From contig OZ223269.1 in the NCBI GenBank assembly GCA_965140585.1, positions 544,001 to 608,000 on the forward strand: a DNA stretch of 64,000 bases, in the 5' to 3' direction. Shown here piece after piece: positions 9,473-18,900 of this stretch (the first letter of the stretch is position 1; each line of letters begins with the position of its first letter). The translations under genes were made by a program, and so were the position numbers. The notes below the pieces were generated by a model. The model was not told the DNA's origin. It worked only from the letters and a program-made list of their open reading frames with translations, and searched no databases. Source of the stretch: Spirochaetia bacterium. GTDB lineage: Bacteria > Spirochaetota > Spirochaetia > UBA9216.

Positions 9473-10513
9473 ATGAAAAAAGTAATAGTTACTCTAATCG
9501 TTATTTTTATGTTTACAGCTTGTGCTTCAAATAAGTATGTTTTAATGACTCCGACGTATGACGATTCAAATTCAGATTCTTTCTGGGAAACCGCTGATAT
9601 CGAAGAAACCGGACTGTCAAAAAAAGCAGTTATCGCTCATCTGGAACTCTGCAGAAAGACCGGAGCCGATTCTCAATTGATTATTTATAATAACAAGATA
9701 GTTTCTGAATGGTATTCCGACAGATATACTGAACCCCTTGGTGCAATGTCTTCAACAAAAGTAGTTGCCAGTCTTTTAATTGGCATTCTTGCTGATATGG
9801 GTAAGTTGGATTATCAGGATAAAGTTACAGAAATCATACCGGAATGGAATGGTCAGTACCGGGATGAAGTCAGGATTGTAGATTTGCTGACTCATTCAGC
9901 AGGATTTGAGCAGCGTATAGATAACACCAGCATAGGTTTTTCACCTGGTAATAAATCAGAATTTGTTCTGAATTTAAGCCCAGAATATGAACCAGGTAAG
10001 AAGTTCAGCTACAGCAATGAAGGTGTGCAGCTTCTGGAGCCAATTATCAGTTCTGTTGCAGGTATGAGTACTCAGGATTTTGCCGATGAATATCTTTTTG
10101 ATAAGTTAGGGATGAAGAATACTCATTTCTACAGTTACGGAGGAAGTCCCTGGCTGTATTCTGAATTGCAAACAACCCCCAGGGATATGGCAAGGCTTGG
10201 AATACTGATGAAAAAATCCGGAGTGTGGAATAGTAAGAGAATAGTGAGTGAGGACTACGTAGAAAAAGCTACGGTTTCAAGTCCGCTTAATAAGGAAATG
10301 GGATATTTGTGGTGGATTTTAGATGAAAATATTACAGTCAAAGGTTATTATGCTTCAGGATACCTTGATACCGATATTTTCGTTTTCTCTGATTATGATG
10401 TAGTAATTGTGAGAACACAGATGCCGAAAAAAGGTTTTACCGGAAAACAGGAATCTGGAGATTACTTTGTCAAAGCAATGCCTATCTTCAGGGACCTCGT
10501 AAAAGACTTGTAA
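9473..10513 (+). CDS. Serine hydrolase lipoprotein (beta-lactamase class C/AmpC-like)
   Basis: Lipobox FTAC; SxxK (SSTK), LLTHSAG, YSN motifs. Confidence 0.88.
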   Translation: MKKVIVTLIVIFMFTACASNKYVLMTPTYDDSNSDSFWETADIEETGLSKKAVIAHLELCRKTGADSQLIIYNNKIVSEWYSDRYTEPLGAMSSTKVVASLLIGILADMGKLDYQDKVTEIIPEWNGQYRDEVRIVDLLTHSAGFEQRIDNTSIGFSPGNKSEFVLNLSPEYEPGKKFSYSNEGVQLLEPIISSVAGMSTQDFADEYLFDKLGMKNTHFYSYGGSPWLYSELQTTPRDMARLGILMKKSGVWNSKRIVSEDYVEKATVSSPLNKEMGYLWWILDENITVKGYYASGYLDTDIFVFSDYDVVIVRTQMPKKGFTGKQESGDYFVKAMPIFRDLVKDL

Positions 10514-10545
10514 TTTCTATCGTATTGCTTATTTGAAGGAGAACA

Positions 10546-11229
10546 ATGACAGACTCTTACTACCTTGAAGCAAATGCCTTGATAGCAATTTCATCTGAAG
10601 AGCTTCTGCGTCTCAAAAATAAAAATATCTACACTTCTTCAGTTGCTGTCTTAGAATTTATAAAGGGCTTATCCTGTGATAATTATGCAAAAAGAAAATT
10701 AAAACTTGATGTAGTTTACAATCATTTATATATAGACTGGGCCGCGGCTAGTCAGAAGATGGAGAAGATATTCGGTGATGATATAGTCCGGGCTGCTAAA
10801 CAAAATAAATGCAGCCTGGAGCATTACGTAAAATTACTTTTGAAAAGTAATCATTATGCTGAGTTTCTATCAACCATAGAGAATTCAGACTTATTATATA
10901 AAAAATTAGATGAATGTCTTTTAAAGCATGCTGTTCCTATGAGCGAAATCTTATCTACAGAGTATATGAATAAGCTTCTAAAAAGTTCAGATATGACTGA
11001 TTCCAAGAGTAATATTTTTATCAACGCCTGCAAATTTTACAGGCATAACTATTTCAATAAAACAGCTGATAAAAATGACATGGTCGATTTGATACATACT
11101 TTATATATAAAAGACTTGAAAACTGGTATTGTTACAAATGATAAAAAACTAAGCAAAATATGCAGGCGCGGAGCAAAGATAAATACTTTAAATGTCTCAG
11201 AGTTCAGACTGCTAATAAAATCAATCTGA
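10546..11229 (+). CDS. PIN-domain-like protein
   Basis: YYLEANALI, VLEF, NDMVDLIH and IVTNDKKL match the spacing of PIN acidic residues. Confidence 0.6.
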   Translation: MTDSYYLEANALIAISSEELLRLKNKNIYTSSVAVLEFIKGLSCDNYAKRKLKLDVVYNHLYIDWAAASQKMEKIFGDDIVRAAKQNKCSLEHYVKLLLKSNHYAEFLSTIENSDLLYKKLDECLLKHAVPMSEILSTEYMNKLLKSSDMTDSKSNIFINACKFYRHNYFNKTADKNDMVDLIHTLYIKDLKTGIVTNDKKLSKICRRGAKINTLNVSEFRLLIKSI

Positions 11230-11334
11230 AAATTATTTAAAAAAAATATCCCAGATTATAAATCAGGAAGACTCTCATGATTGTAGGTACTAAACTTTAT
11301 TTATAAAGAAAATTATTCAATTCAGGAGTCAATT

Positions 11335-12399
11335 ATGAAGAAAATGATATATTTATTGTTTACTGTTTTCTCAACGGTTGTCTTTTTCGGCTGCACAGTT
11401 AATTCACCCGGGATAGAAAAAGCTATTACCGATTATGGTTTTGAAGGACTTGAAGATGAAGTTTTTGTAGATATTGATGGAACTGAAATAACAGTAACTC
11501 TGCCATATGGTACTGATGTAAATACTTTAATTCCTTTTTTTGAAACTACCGGCGTCTCCGTACTTATAGATGGAGTAGAACAGATAAGCGGAACCACTGT
11601 GAATGACTTTTCAAATCCTGTCACATATACTGTAATCGCAGAAGATGGCACAAGTATAGAATATACAATAACCGTCATCATAGCCCTTAATCCGGCTAAG
11701 GATATTACTGCCTTCATATTTCCAGAAGACCTTAACAGTAGTGAACTGAGCGCTGATGTGACAGCGGATATTGATGATTCAGTAATTACTGTGAAAGTGC
11801 CCTATATATCTGATGTTGCTGATTTGCTTGATTCTCTTGTTGCTGAATTTACAACTACCGGAAGCAGGGTAGCTGTTGACGGAACTGTCCAGAACTCAGG
11901 CATCACGTCAAATGATTACGCTTCAACTGTTGAGTATAAAGTAACTGCGGAGGACGGCAGTGAGAAGGTATATGATGTGAATGTACTTATTACAGTTACC
12001 AGAGCACAGCTTACCGGCATGGTAAATGAGATGGTAGATGATGTTGGTAATATCAAAAATATATCACATTATATAACAAGAACTGATACATCGAATATTA
12101 CAGATATGAGTTTCCTGTTTGTCGAAACGGACTTTGATGAAGACATCTCAGAATGGGATGTCAGTAATGTGACAGATATGAGCAATATGTTTAGTACAAA
12201 TAGTTTCGATCAGGATATAGGTTCATGGGATGTAAGCAGTGTTTTAGACATGGATGAAATGTTTTATAACGCTGCATCATTTGATCAGGATCTTTCAGAC
12301 TGGGGTGTAAACAGTCTTGTAAGTCATGATGCTTTTGAAACAGGAAGTGCATTGACCTCCGAGTATATGCCGCCTTTTCCGATGGTTCCTCTACCATAA
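11335..12399 (+). CDS. Surface lipoprotein with two Ig-like (DUF5018-type) repeats and DUF285/BspA-type repeats
   Basis: Lipobox FFGC; repeated 'QxSGxTxNDF/Y..V.YxVxAEDG'; WDVSNVTDMS.MF repeats. Confidence 0.82.
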   Translation: MKKMIYLLFTVFSTVVFFGCTVNSPGIEKAITDYGFEGLEDEVFVDIDGTEITVTLPYGTDVNTLIPFFETTGVSVLIDGVEQISGTTVNDFSNPVTYTVIAEDGTSIEYTITVIIALNPAKDITAFIFPEDLNSSELSADVTADIDDSVITVKVPYISDVADLLDSLVAEFTTTGSRVAVDGTVQNSGITSNDYASTVEYKVTAEDGSEKVYDVNVLITVTRAQLTGMVNEMVDDVGNIKNISHYITRTDTSNITDMSFLFVETDFDEDISEWDVSNVTDMSNMFSTNSFDQDIGSWDVSSVLDMDEMFYNAASFDQDLSDWGVNSLVSHDAFETGSALTSEYMPPFPMVPLP

Positions 12400-12506
12400 T
12401 TTATGGATAGCCATACCTTATGTCCGCTGCTGTACATATGATTGAACCATCAAATTACAGCGGCGGGCTTTTAATTTTTAGAAAGAATCAAGAAAAAACT
12501 GCTGCT

Positions 12507-13604
12507 TCAAGATACAAATCCGCCGGCTTTTTGGAAATTTTTTGGAGAAAGTCCCGTGTCTTTCTGAAAATAGCGGTAAAAAGCCGATGTGGAATTAAAC
12601 CCGACATCAAAAGCTATCTTTGTAATTCCAATGTCATCATGCTCAAGAAGTAAGGATTTAGCCTCTTCAATACGATGGAAATTTATATAGGAGTTGAAGT
12701 TCATATTTATTTCACTGTTGAGGATATATAACAGTTCATGTGAACTGACTGAAAGTTTATCACCAAGAGTTTTAAGCGTAATATCAGGCTGTCTGTATAA
12801 TTTTTCATCGTTCATAAGACGAACTATTTCACTTTTTACCCGCTCGATATTCTGATTAAGCTCTTTCGCCCTGGATGTTTTTCCCTGTTTTGTTTCTCTA
12901 ATTACCTTAATTGCATAATCAGGATTTCGAAATGAGAAAAAAATAAAACTTAATGGGATGATTGATAAAAGCACTATACTGAATTGTACAAGTGTCGGGT
13001 TATTGATAAATCCCGCTGTCATAAGAAGCGCTGCAGAAATACTGAAAGATATCAGAAATAAAATTACTGCTCTGGTTTCTTTGGTAATTTTCCGGTTCTT
13101 GAGATTAGTGATAGTTTTATATAAAGAGATTATGAAATAAATAGACATTGACATATCACATAATGAATTTAGAATAAAGATTAGAGTATTCTGAGTATAA
13201 TCAGGTATAAAATTCATTGTATTCTGGAAATGGATTACGATAGTTTTATCTGAAAAATTTAAAATTGTGATGATTGTCAGAGCAATTATTGAAGGTATCA
13301 AATGCAGAATGACTACTTTAGCTGGTATTGCAACTCTTCCCATAAGAGCTGTGAAGTACAGATACAGACAGGGGCCGATTAAAAACGCTGCTGATATTTC
13401 TGTATTAATAAGTATCGGTATCCGGTTTAGAAGGCCCATACTGAACACCCAGAAATAGAGCATATTATATCCGCCGGCAAGAAACAGAAAAGCCAGAAAG
13501 TAGTTGAGCTGAAGTTTTCTTCTGAAAACCAGCTGCTGTACTCCGATGAAGGTGAACATTATGAATACTGTAAAAAATAGGTATTGATGTATCGTTCTTG
13601 TCAT
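12507..13604 (-). CDS. Membrane-anchored AraC family regulator
   Basis: About seven hydrophobic segments followed by AraC HTH (IAFDVGFNSTSAFYRYFQKDTGLSP). Confidence 0.9.
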   Translation of the reverse strand: MTRTIHQYLFFTVFIMFTFIGVQQLVFRRKLQLNYFLAFLFLAGGYNMLYFWVFSMGLLNRIPILINTEISAAFLIGPCLYLYFTALMGRVAIPAKVVILHLIPSIIALTIITILNFSDKTIVIHFQNTMNFIPDYTQNTLIFILNSLCDMSMSIYFIISLYKTITNLKNRKITKETRAVILFLISFSISAALLMTAGFINNPTLVQFSIVLLSIIPLSFIFFSFRNPDYAIKVIRETKQGKTSRAKELNQNIERVKSEIVRLMNDEKLYRQPDITLKTLGDKLSVSSHELLYILNSEINMNFNSYINFHRIEEAKSLLLEHDDIGITKIAFDVGFNSTSAFYRYFQKDTGLSPKNFQKAGGFVS

Positions 13605-13629
13605 TATAACGCTGAAATTAAATAGTAAC

Positions 13630-14235
13630 TTGAAATTTACTCAAATACAATACAAAAATTGTCGGGCAAATAGTGATATAATCACATTGAATATGAATAA
13701 GGATCAGGAATACAGTATAGACCTCGAATCTGAGCGATTAATAATTCGTAATATCATACCGGCTGATATTGATTTCATAATCAACCTTTGGACAAATCCT
13801 ACAGTTACAGAATATATGGGCGGCCCTCGGAATATTGAGCAATTAAAAAATTCTGTGCTTGAAAATATTGAAGAACCTTTTAAAGATGAGTTTGATTTGT
13901 GGATTCTGTTGAATAAATCAACCGGTAAACTGGTTGGACACTGTGGTTTGCTTGAAAAAGAAGTGGATGGAGCTGAAGAGATTGAAGTCATCTATGTAAT
14001 TGATGACAGGTTCTGGGGGAATGGTTTTGCAAGTGAGGCTGCAAAAATGCTTATCAGCTTTGCTTTTAATGAGAAACATCTGGATAGTGTGATTGCGCTG
14101 ATTAAACCGCAGAATTCAAATTCTCAAAAGGTTGCTGTAAAGTCCGGGATGGCAATGGATAAAGAAGTAATCAGGCCCGGTAATATCCGGATGATGATGT
14201 ACAGAATAAGGAAGCAGCACTACAATCGGATTTAA
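13630..14235 (+). CDS. GNAT RimJ/RimL family acetyltransferase (true start probably ATG 13693)
   Basis: LESERLIIR, FWGNGFASEAA and N.NSQKVA motifs. Confidence 0.88.
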   Translation: MKFTQIQYKNCRANSDIITLNMNKDQEYSIDLESERLIIRNIIPADIDFIINLWTNPTVTEYMGGPRNIEQLKNSVLENIEEPFKDEFDLWILLNKSTGKLVGHCGLLEKEVDGAEEIEVIYVIDDRFWGNGFASEAAKMLISFAFNEKHLDSVIALIKPQNSNSQKVAVKSGMAMDKEVIRPGNIRMMMYRIRKQHYNRI

Positions 14236-14351
14236 TGAATTCTGTAGGCTTTGAAATACTTGAAAATGGTTAACTTAACTGATCTATAAACCAGTCACTC
14301 AGCCGGCTTGAAACTGCAGACCGTTCTTTAAGAGATTAAATGTCGGGTCGG

Positions 14352-15245
14352 TCATCTTCTGTAACTCTGTCGAAAACGCTGTTTAATTCCTTCCAGGATT
14401 AAGTAGAGTGCTACAAGATAGAGGAGGTAGGCGGTAAGCGGACCAAAAAGGATCCACTGTTCGCTATAGATGTAAAATCTTGCCTGTCCGACAAGTCCGG
14501 CCCAGTCGAATAATCTTGAATTCAGCATTGCAGGACTGAAAGTTTTAACAGTTGCTCCAAGAAAAACGCCGAAGATTCCCAGCTGGCCGATAGTGTTGAG
14601 AACTGCAATTATTTCACTTATGAGAAGAGTGAGAAGTCTTTCCTTCATGAACGGGAAGATGTGATTTATTATCAGATACCATTTCCCCGCCCCGGAAGCT
14701 TCTGCTGCTATATAGTACTCTCTTTTTTTCTGTTCTCTGCAGACTGCTTCTATCGCAGCCGAATTTGCGGGTGTTCCGAAAATAAGGACCATTACACTGA
14801 AAATTGAAATAAGTATCATTTTGTTGAACGGAAAGTTCATTGAAATGATTGAAAGAACAAAATAGAGAAATACTATCTGGGGCAGGGCATTAAGAGGTAT
14901 TGATTTTAAAGTTTTATCTTTACGTAGTTTTCCAAAAGCGGCGGATACGCCGCAAATTCCGCCAAGCAGGACTCTTAGTACTGCAAGTACGAAGGTTGTG
15001 CCGACAGTCCACCGTGCACCGTACAGAATAAGACTTAATATATCTTTCCCTGCCGTAGTTGTTCCTAGAAGGTATTCAGAAGAGGGTGCACTTGGCGGAA
15101 CGACAAGCACAAGTCCCTGTTCTGTATCCTCATAGCGGACTGATTCAGTATAATACTTTTCGTATGGAGCGAGTGCAGGACCGAAAAATACTGCGGCAAG
15201 AACAGGTATGAGAAGAATCATTCCTGTAATAAGACGGGTATTCAC
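14352..15245 (-). CDS. OppC/DppC-like ABC permease
   Basis: YLLGTT..GKDILS..LYGAR and EAA loop YYIAAEASGA. Confidence 0.85.
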   Translation of the reverse strand: MNTRLITGMILLIPVLAAVFFGPALAPYEKYYTESVRYEDTEQGLVLVVPPSAPSSEYLLGTTTAGKDILSLILYGARWTVGTTFVLAVLRVLLGGICGVSAAFGKLRKDKTLKSIPLNALPQIVFLYFVLSIISMNFPFNKMILISIFSVMVLIFGTPANSAAIEAVCREQKKREYYIAAEASGAGKWYLIINHIFPFMKERLLTLLISEIIAVLNTIGQLGIFGVFLGATVKTFSPAMLNSRLFDWAGLVGQARFYIYSEQWILFGPLTAYLLYLVALYLILEGIKQRFRQSYRR

Positions 15246-16192
15246 GGCAGGCTCCTCCTGAAGACAATTCCTATAATAAAGAGAAGTGCCTGAAGCACTA
15301 AGTGAATTATGAGATAAAGAATAAGTATGAGAATGATTGTATTTACTGTTGCATCATATTCCTGAATGTTGTTGAACAGAAAAGATGTAAGACCTTTATT
15401 ATTGAACATAAGCTCGGTGATAAATAGATTTGAAAATATAATTGCAAGCAGCTTATGAATGTCCCCTTTGATAAAAGATACTGCAGCAGGTCCCAGATGA
15501 AAGTATCTGACTGCTCTTTGGGAAAGCCCCTTGGCATGTGCCATATTTATAAAAGTCTCAGTATTCAAGTCCTTCAGCTGAGTGCCTATAGTTCTAATGA
15601 TATAGAGGCAGGGATATATCGAAAGGACAAGTAAGGGGAGAAATACGGCTCTGTCTGAAGCGGATGGTGTGTAAAGCCGCAGGACCGTGAGTCCTGTTAT
15701 TCTATTTATATTGAAAAAAATGAATTGAATGATGAGAATCAGGATAAAATCTGGAAAAACTGTCATGAATGAAAGGAACTCATAATAGATTGGGTTATTC
15801 CTTTTATCGGACATCCTCAGGCTGAGCAGGATACCTGCTGTCAAACTGATCATCCCTGCAAGGCTGGCGTAAAAAAAAGAGACACTGAAATAACGCGGTG
15901 CTTCTTCAAGAAAACTGCGGACAGTTTTTCCCTCCTCGTAGGTAAAGACCCCGCCGGATTTTAACTGTTTGAAATAAAAAAGAGGTTTTCTCCATATATT
16001 CTCAGCATGAAAATGCAGCTTATAATGTTTCTTTTCTATAAAATCAGGATCATCAATATTTGAGTAATACTGTTCATTTGATGCTCTTCCATATGAAAAA
16101 AGAGAGGGAAGGACTGCAATCAGCAGAATTAGAATTATAAAAAGAATTATTGTACCGGTCATGCTTTTTACCCGGTTCAGAAACGTTTTCAC
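15242..16192 (-). CDS. OppB/DppB-like ABC permease
   Basis: PDF motif, FINMAHAKGLS EAA loop, ITE.MFN..GL. Confidence 0.85.
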   Translation of the reverse strand: MKTFLNRVKSMTGTIILFIILILLIAVLPSLFSYGRASNEQYYSNIDDPDFIEKKHYKLHFHAENIWRKPLFYFKQLKSGGVFTYEEGKTVRSFLEEAPRYFSVSFFYASLAGMISLTAGILLSLRMSDKRNNPIYYEFLSFMTVFPDFILILIIQFIFFNINRITGLTVLRLYTPSASDRAVFLPLLVLSIYPCLYIIRTIGTQLKDLNTETFINMAHAKGLSQRAVRYFHLGPAAVSFIKGDIHKLLAIIFSNLFITELMFNNKGLTSFLFNNIQEYDATVNTIILILILYLIIHLVLQALLFIIGIVFRRSLP

Positions 16193-16998
16193 TCAGTTGC
16201 CTCGATAAAAACTTTTTCTGCAAGTCCGTTCCAGATTACAGGATTAGGATATTTTGAAAATTCTTCTCTGTTTACCTCGCTTCTGTTATAAAAAACGGTT
16301 TCTTCAACCTCGGTTAGAACCCCCCGGTCAAGGGCTGTCTGAGTGAGATATATAGATTTCTCTAAAGAGTTTAGAATTTCAATTCTTCGTAATTCATCAC
16401 TACAGAGCTGATTCATAAAGTACCATGAGAATAGGGCAGTTTTCGTTTTTCCATCTATACCCCGACTTATGAGGTTACTTTCATCAAATCTGCAAGCTGC
16501 AGCCAGTAGCGAGCCTGGCAGTTTGCGTCTAAGCTGTCCTATTTTACCGTCAATAGCCCAGATGGAGTCCGGGTTGAGTGTTTTTAAAGAGTTGAGAAAC
16601 TCATCTCCCCAGGCTCCATCAGCAATAAGAATTTTTCCTTTACAGTCAAGGTTTCTCCACATTTGAGGAAACCAGAGATTCCACTCGCTTGATATATGAA
16701 ACTGCGGTCGCATGCTTATTATAATGAATATACATAAAGCCTCTTCAGGTATTTGCGAAAATGCTGTCTTAAAGAAAACTGCATTTGTACTGGGTATGTA
16801 TTCAGACATGATTATTGTCTGCGGATATCTCCGGCTCAGGCTGTCGGTAAGTGTTTTATGGTTAGTGAGATTTTTCTCCGGGTCCCATATTATAATATAA
16901 GTATCGTTTGCTGTGAAATTCATTTCAGATGGAAGGCATGAGACATATAAAGTCGATATACTTAATATAAATATTAGACGCAGAACTTTTTTGGCCAT
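16189..16998 (-). CDS. Lipoprotein with probable degenerate caspase-like (clan CD) fold
   Basis: Signal peptide ending LYVSC; segments LCIFIIIS, KILIADGA, LLAAACRFDES, ALFSWYFMNQL and PNPVIW follow metacaspase segment order. CDS is confident, fold is tentative. Confidence 0.5.
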   Translation of the reverse strand: MAKKVLRLIFILSISTLYVSCLPSEMNFTANDTYIIIWDPEKNLTNHKTLTDSLSRRYPQTIIMSEYIPSTNAVFFKTAFSQIPEEALCIFIIISMRPQFHISSEWNLWFPQMWRNLDCKGKILIADGAWGDEFLNSLKTLNPDSIWAIDGKIGQLRRKLPGSLLAAACRFDESNLISRGIDGKTKTALFSWYFMNQLCSDELRRIEILNSLEKSIYLTQTALDRGVLTEVEETVFYNRSEVNREEFSKYPNPVIWNGLAEKVFIEATE

Positions 16999-17126
16999 AT
17001 TTTATGATATCTCCGGCATGTAAGACGGTCAATCAAAAAAAATCAAATACTTTAATTATATATAAAGTAAAAACATAGTTAATATATTTATATTGGGATA
17101 TAGTAAACTTGTAAATATTTTAGGAA

Positions 17127-17825
17127 GTGATAGTAAAATTGCATAAAATAAGAACAGAATCTAAACGAATAATTTTTGTTACATTCGGAATTATTATATT
17201 TGTATCAGTTTTTTTATCCTGCAATACGATAGCATCGGAGACCGGCAATAATATAAAGGTTGCGTGTATTGGTGACAGTATTACAGAAGGAACATTAATA
17301 CCAAACAAAAATAAAAACAGCTATCCTTCCCAATTGGGTTTTCTACTTAATTCCGGATACACTGTCAGGAATTTCGGAGTGAGCGGAGCCTGTGTACAGA
17401 GGCACTCAAACAAGCCATATTCAGAATTACCCGAGTATAAGCGATCAATGGAGTTTCAGCCTGATATTGTCCTGTTTATGCTTGGTTCGAATGACTCAAA
17501 AACTTTTAACTGGCACAGGTCCGAGTTTACTTCGGATTTTGAAAAAATCATTTCTTCATATCGGAACCTTTCTTCCAGACCCAGAATTATTGTAATGACA
17601 TCTATTCCTGCTTATTCAGATTTGTACAGTATTCAGGGAGAAGTGATTGATAATGAAATTGTACCTTATATAAAAGATTTTTGTATAAAATCAAACATTG
17701 AAATGATAGATCTGAACTGTGTATTTCTGGAAAGACTTGAGCTGTACTCCTTTGATAAAATTCACCTTAATAAGAACGGCGGCAGATATATGGCGAAAAT
17801 TATTTTTGAGTCTATAGATTGGTAA
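17127..17825 (+). CDS. SGNH/GDSL hydrolase, probable lipoprotein
   Basis: IGDSIT, FGVSG, LGSND and DKIH blocks; FLSC lipobox. Confidence 0.92.
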   Translation: MIVKLHKIRTESKRIIFVTFGIIIFVSVFLSCNTIASETGNNIKVACIGDSITEGTLIPNKNKNSYPSQLGFLLNSGYTVRNFGVSGACVQRHSNKPYSELPEYKRSMEFQPDIVLFMLGSNDSKTFNWHRSEFTSDFEKIISSYRNLSSRPRIIVMTSIPAYSDLYSIQGEVIDNEIVPYIKDFCIKSNIEMIDLNCVFLERLELYSFDKIHLNKNGGRYMAKIIFESIDW

Positions 17826-17909
17826 AAGTTTCTGAAAGTTTAAAATAAATTCAATCATATTAAATCTACTTTCTCCACGGCAGGAAAGTCGCAGGCTTCC
17901 CGTTCCTTA

Positions 17910-18230
17910 TTACAGGAGGTACTGAGCAAGTGTCGGAATTATTCCCTAACGTAGTTCTCCCGATACTGAACTCCGGTGTTCATCAGCTATTATGGGAATT
18001 GAGTTTAGTGATCTGACGGCAGTTCTTGCCCTGCTGATTATTTCTTCGGCTACGGGGGCCGGTCCGACAGGACGACTCAGACGGTCGAGAAAAAATACTC
18101 CCAGTTCATTTACAAGCATGGAAATCTGTACACTTAGAGTCGGCTGTGTTACAAAACAGGCCTAGGCAGCCCTCGAAAAACTTCCGTATTCTATTACCGC
18201 CAGTACGAATTCGATTTGCTGAATTGTCAT
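17910..18230 (-). pseudogene. oxyR: OxyR-like LysR regulator pseudogene (in-frame stops, truncated)
   Basis: MTIQQIEFVLAVIEYGSFSRAA*ACFVTQPTLSVQI...GELR*GIIPTLAQYLL*; TAG at 18162-18164 and 17946-17948. Confidence 0.82.
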
Positions 18231-18266
18231 ATAGATACTATCTATCATAACTTAGAAAATATCAAT
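18231..18266. promoter_or_regulatory. OxyR-type binding site
   Basis: ATAG-N7-CTAT-N6-TTAG-N7-CAAT directly upstream of the oxyR start, close to the ATAG-N7-CTAT-N7-ATAG-N7-CTAT consensus. Confidence 0.65.
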
Positions 18267-18319
18267 TTTGTCTATAATAAAACTGCAAAGCTCAGGATAA
18301 CACATCCTGTACAAACAGC

Positions 18320-18720
18320 CATGGTATTCTATTTTAATTTGTAGGAATTATCAGGATTATCAACCCTGTACTGCCGACAACTGTCTTTTTTATTTTGGCC
18401 AGCGGATTTCTGCTCAAGTCAAATCCTGTGCTGTACAGATGGCTGCACAGAAATCGTCTAACCGGGGCATTCCTCAGATTTATACAAGAGATGAGGGGGT
18501 AAGCAGAAAAAAAAACAAAGGCTGGAGTATAGCCACTCTATGGATAACCATTCTGATTTCAGCCTGGTATGTCAGGAGTTTGTGACCTGTACTTATTTTA
18601 CTTGCGGTTGTCGGTATCGGGGTCACTTGGCATATCGCAGCTATAAAGCCAAGGGAGATTAATATAGAAAAAATAGAAAAACATCTGAAAATGATGGGAG
18701 AATTTAAAGATGCTGTTTAA
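18320..18720 (+). pseudogene. YbaN/DUF454 membrane protein pseudogene
   Basis: VGIIRIINPVLPTTVFFILASGFLLKSNPVLYRWLHRNR...LWITILISAW...IGVTWHI, interrupted by stops and frameshifts. Confidence 0.7.
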
Positions 18721-18742
18721 AAAGCGATGGAGATTGAAAATT

Positions 18743-18885
18743 ATGAGTAGTAACGGAAAATATTCGGTAACGGACGCAAGGGGAGAATCTGCAGTAAAAA
18801 GAACATCAAACAGGGACTGGTGGCCTAATCAGCTGAACTCAAAATACTTCACCAGAATCCTAAATCACTGAATCCCATGGAATGC
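18743..18885 (+). pseudogene. katG: Catalase-peroxidase N-terminal remnant
   Basis: MSSNGKYSVT...TSNRDWWPNQLN/KILHQNPKSLNPM, the diagnostic KatG N-terminal motif, with a frameshift; rest of gene absent. Confidence 0.8.
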
Positions 18886-18900
18886 TTATTAGGGATCATC

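Noticed and set aside
12085-12310. Periodic repeats near the end of the surface lipoprotein gene
   Set aside because: Degenerate in-frame DUF285/BspA-type coding repeats, not a CRISPR array
3168-12399. Run of same-strand accessory genes (GNATs, YdeI, DUF2200, PIN) resembling an integron cassette array; palindrome GTTATAC-T-GTATAAC at 8528-8542
   Set aside because: No integrase and no recurring attC structure found; trpB2 and yaaA are interspersed; the palindrome is explained by the duplicated promoter block
17910-18230. In-frame TAG codons in oxyR as possible pyrrolysine or recoding sites
   Set aside because: The gene is also truncated, its neighbours are decayed, and TAG serves as a normal stop elsewhere in the window (e.g. 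rpsU, trpB2)
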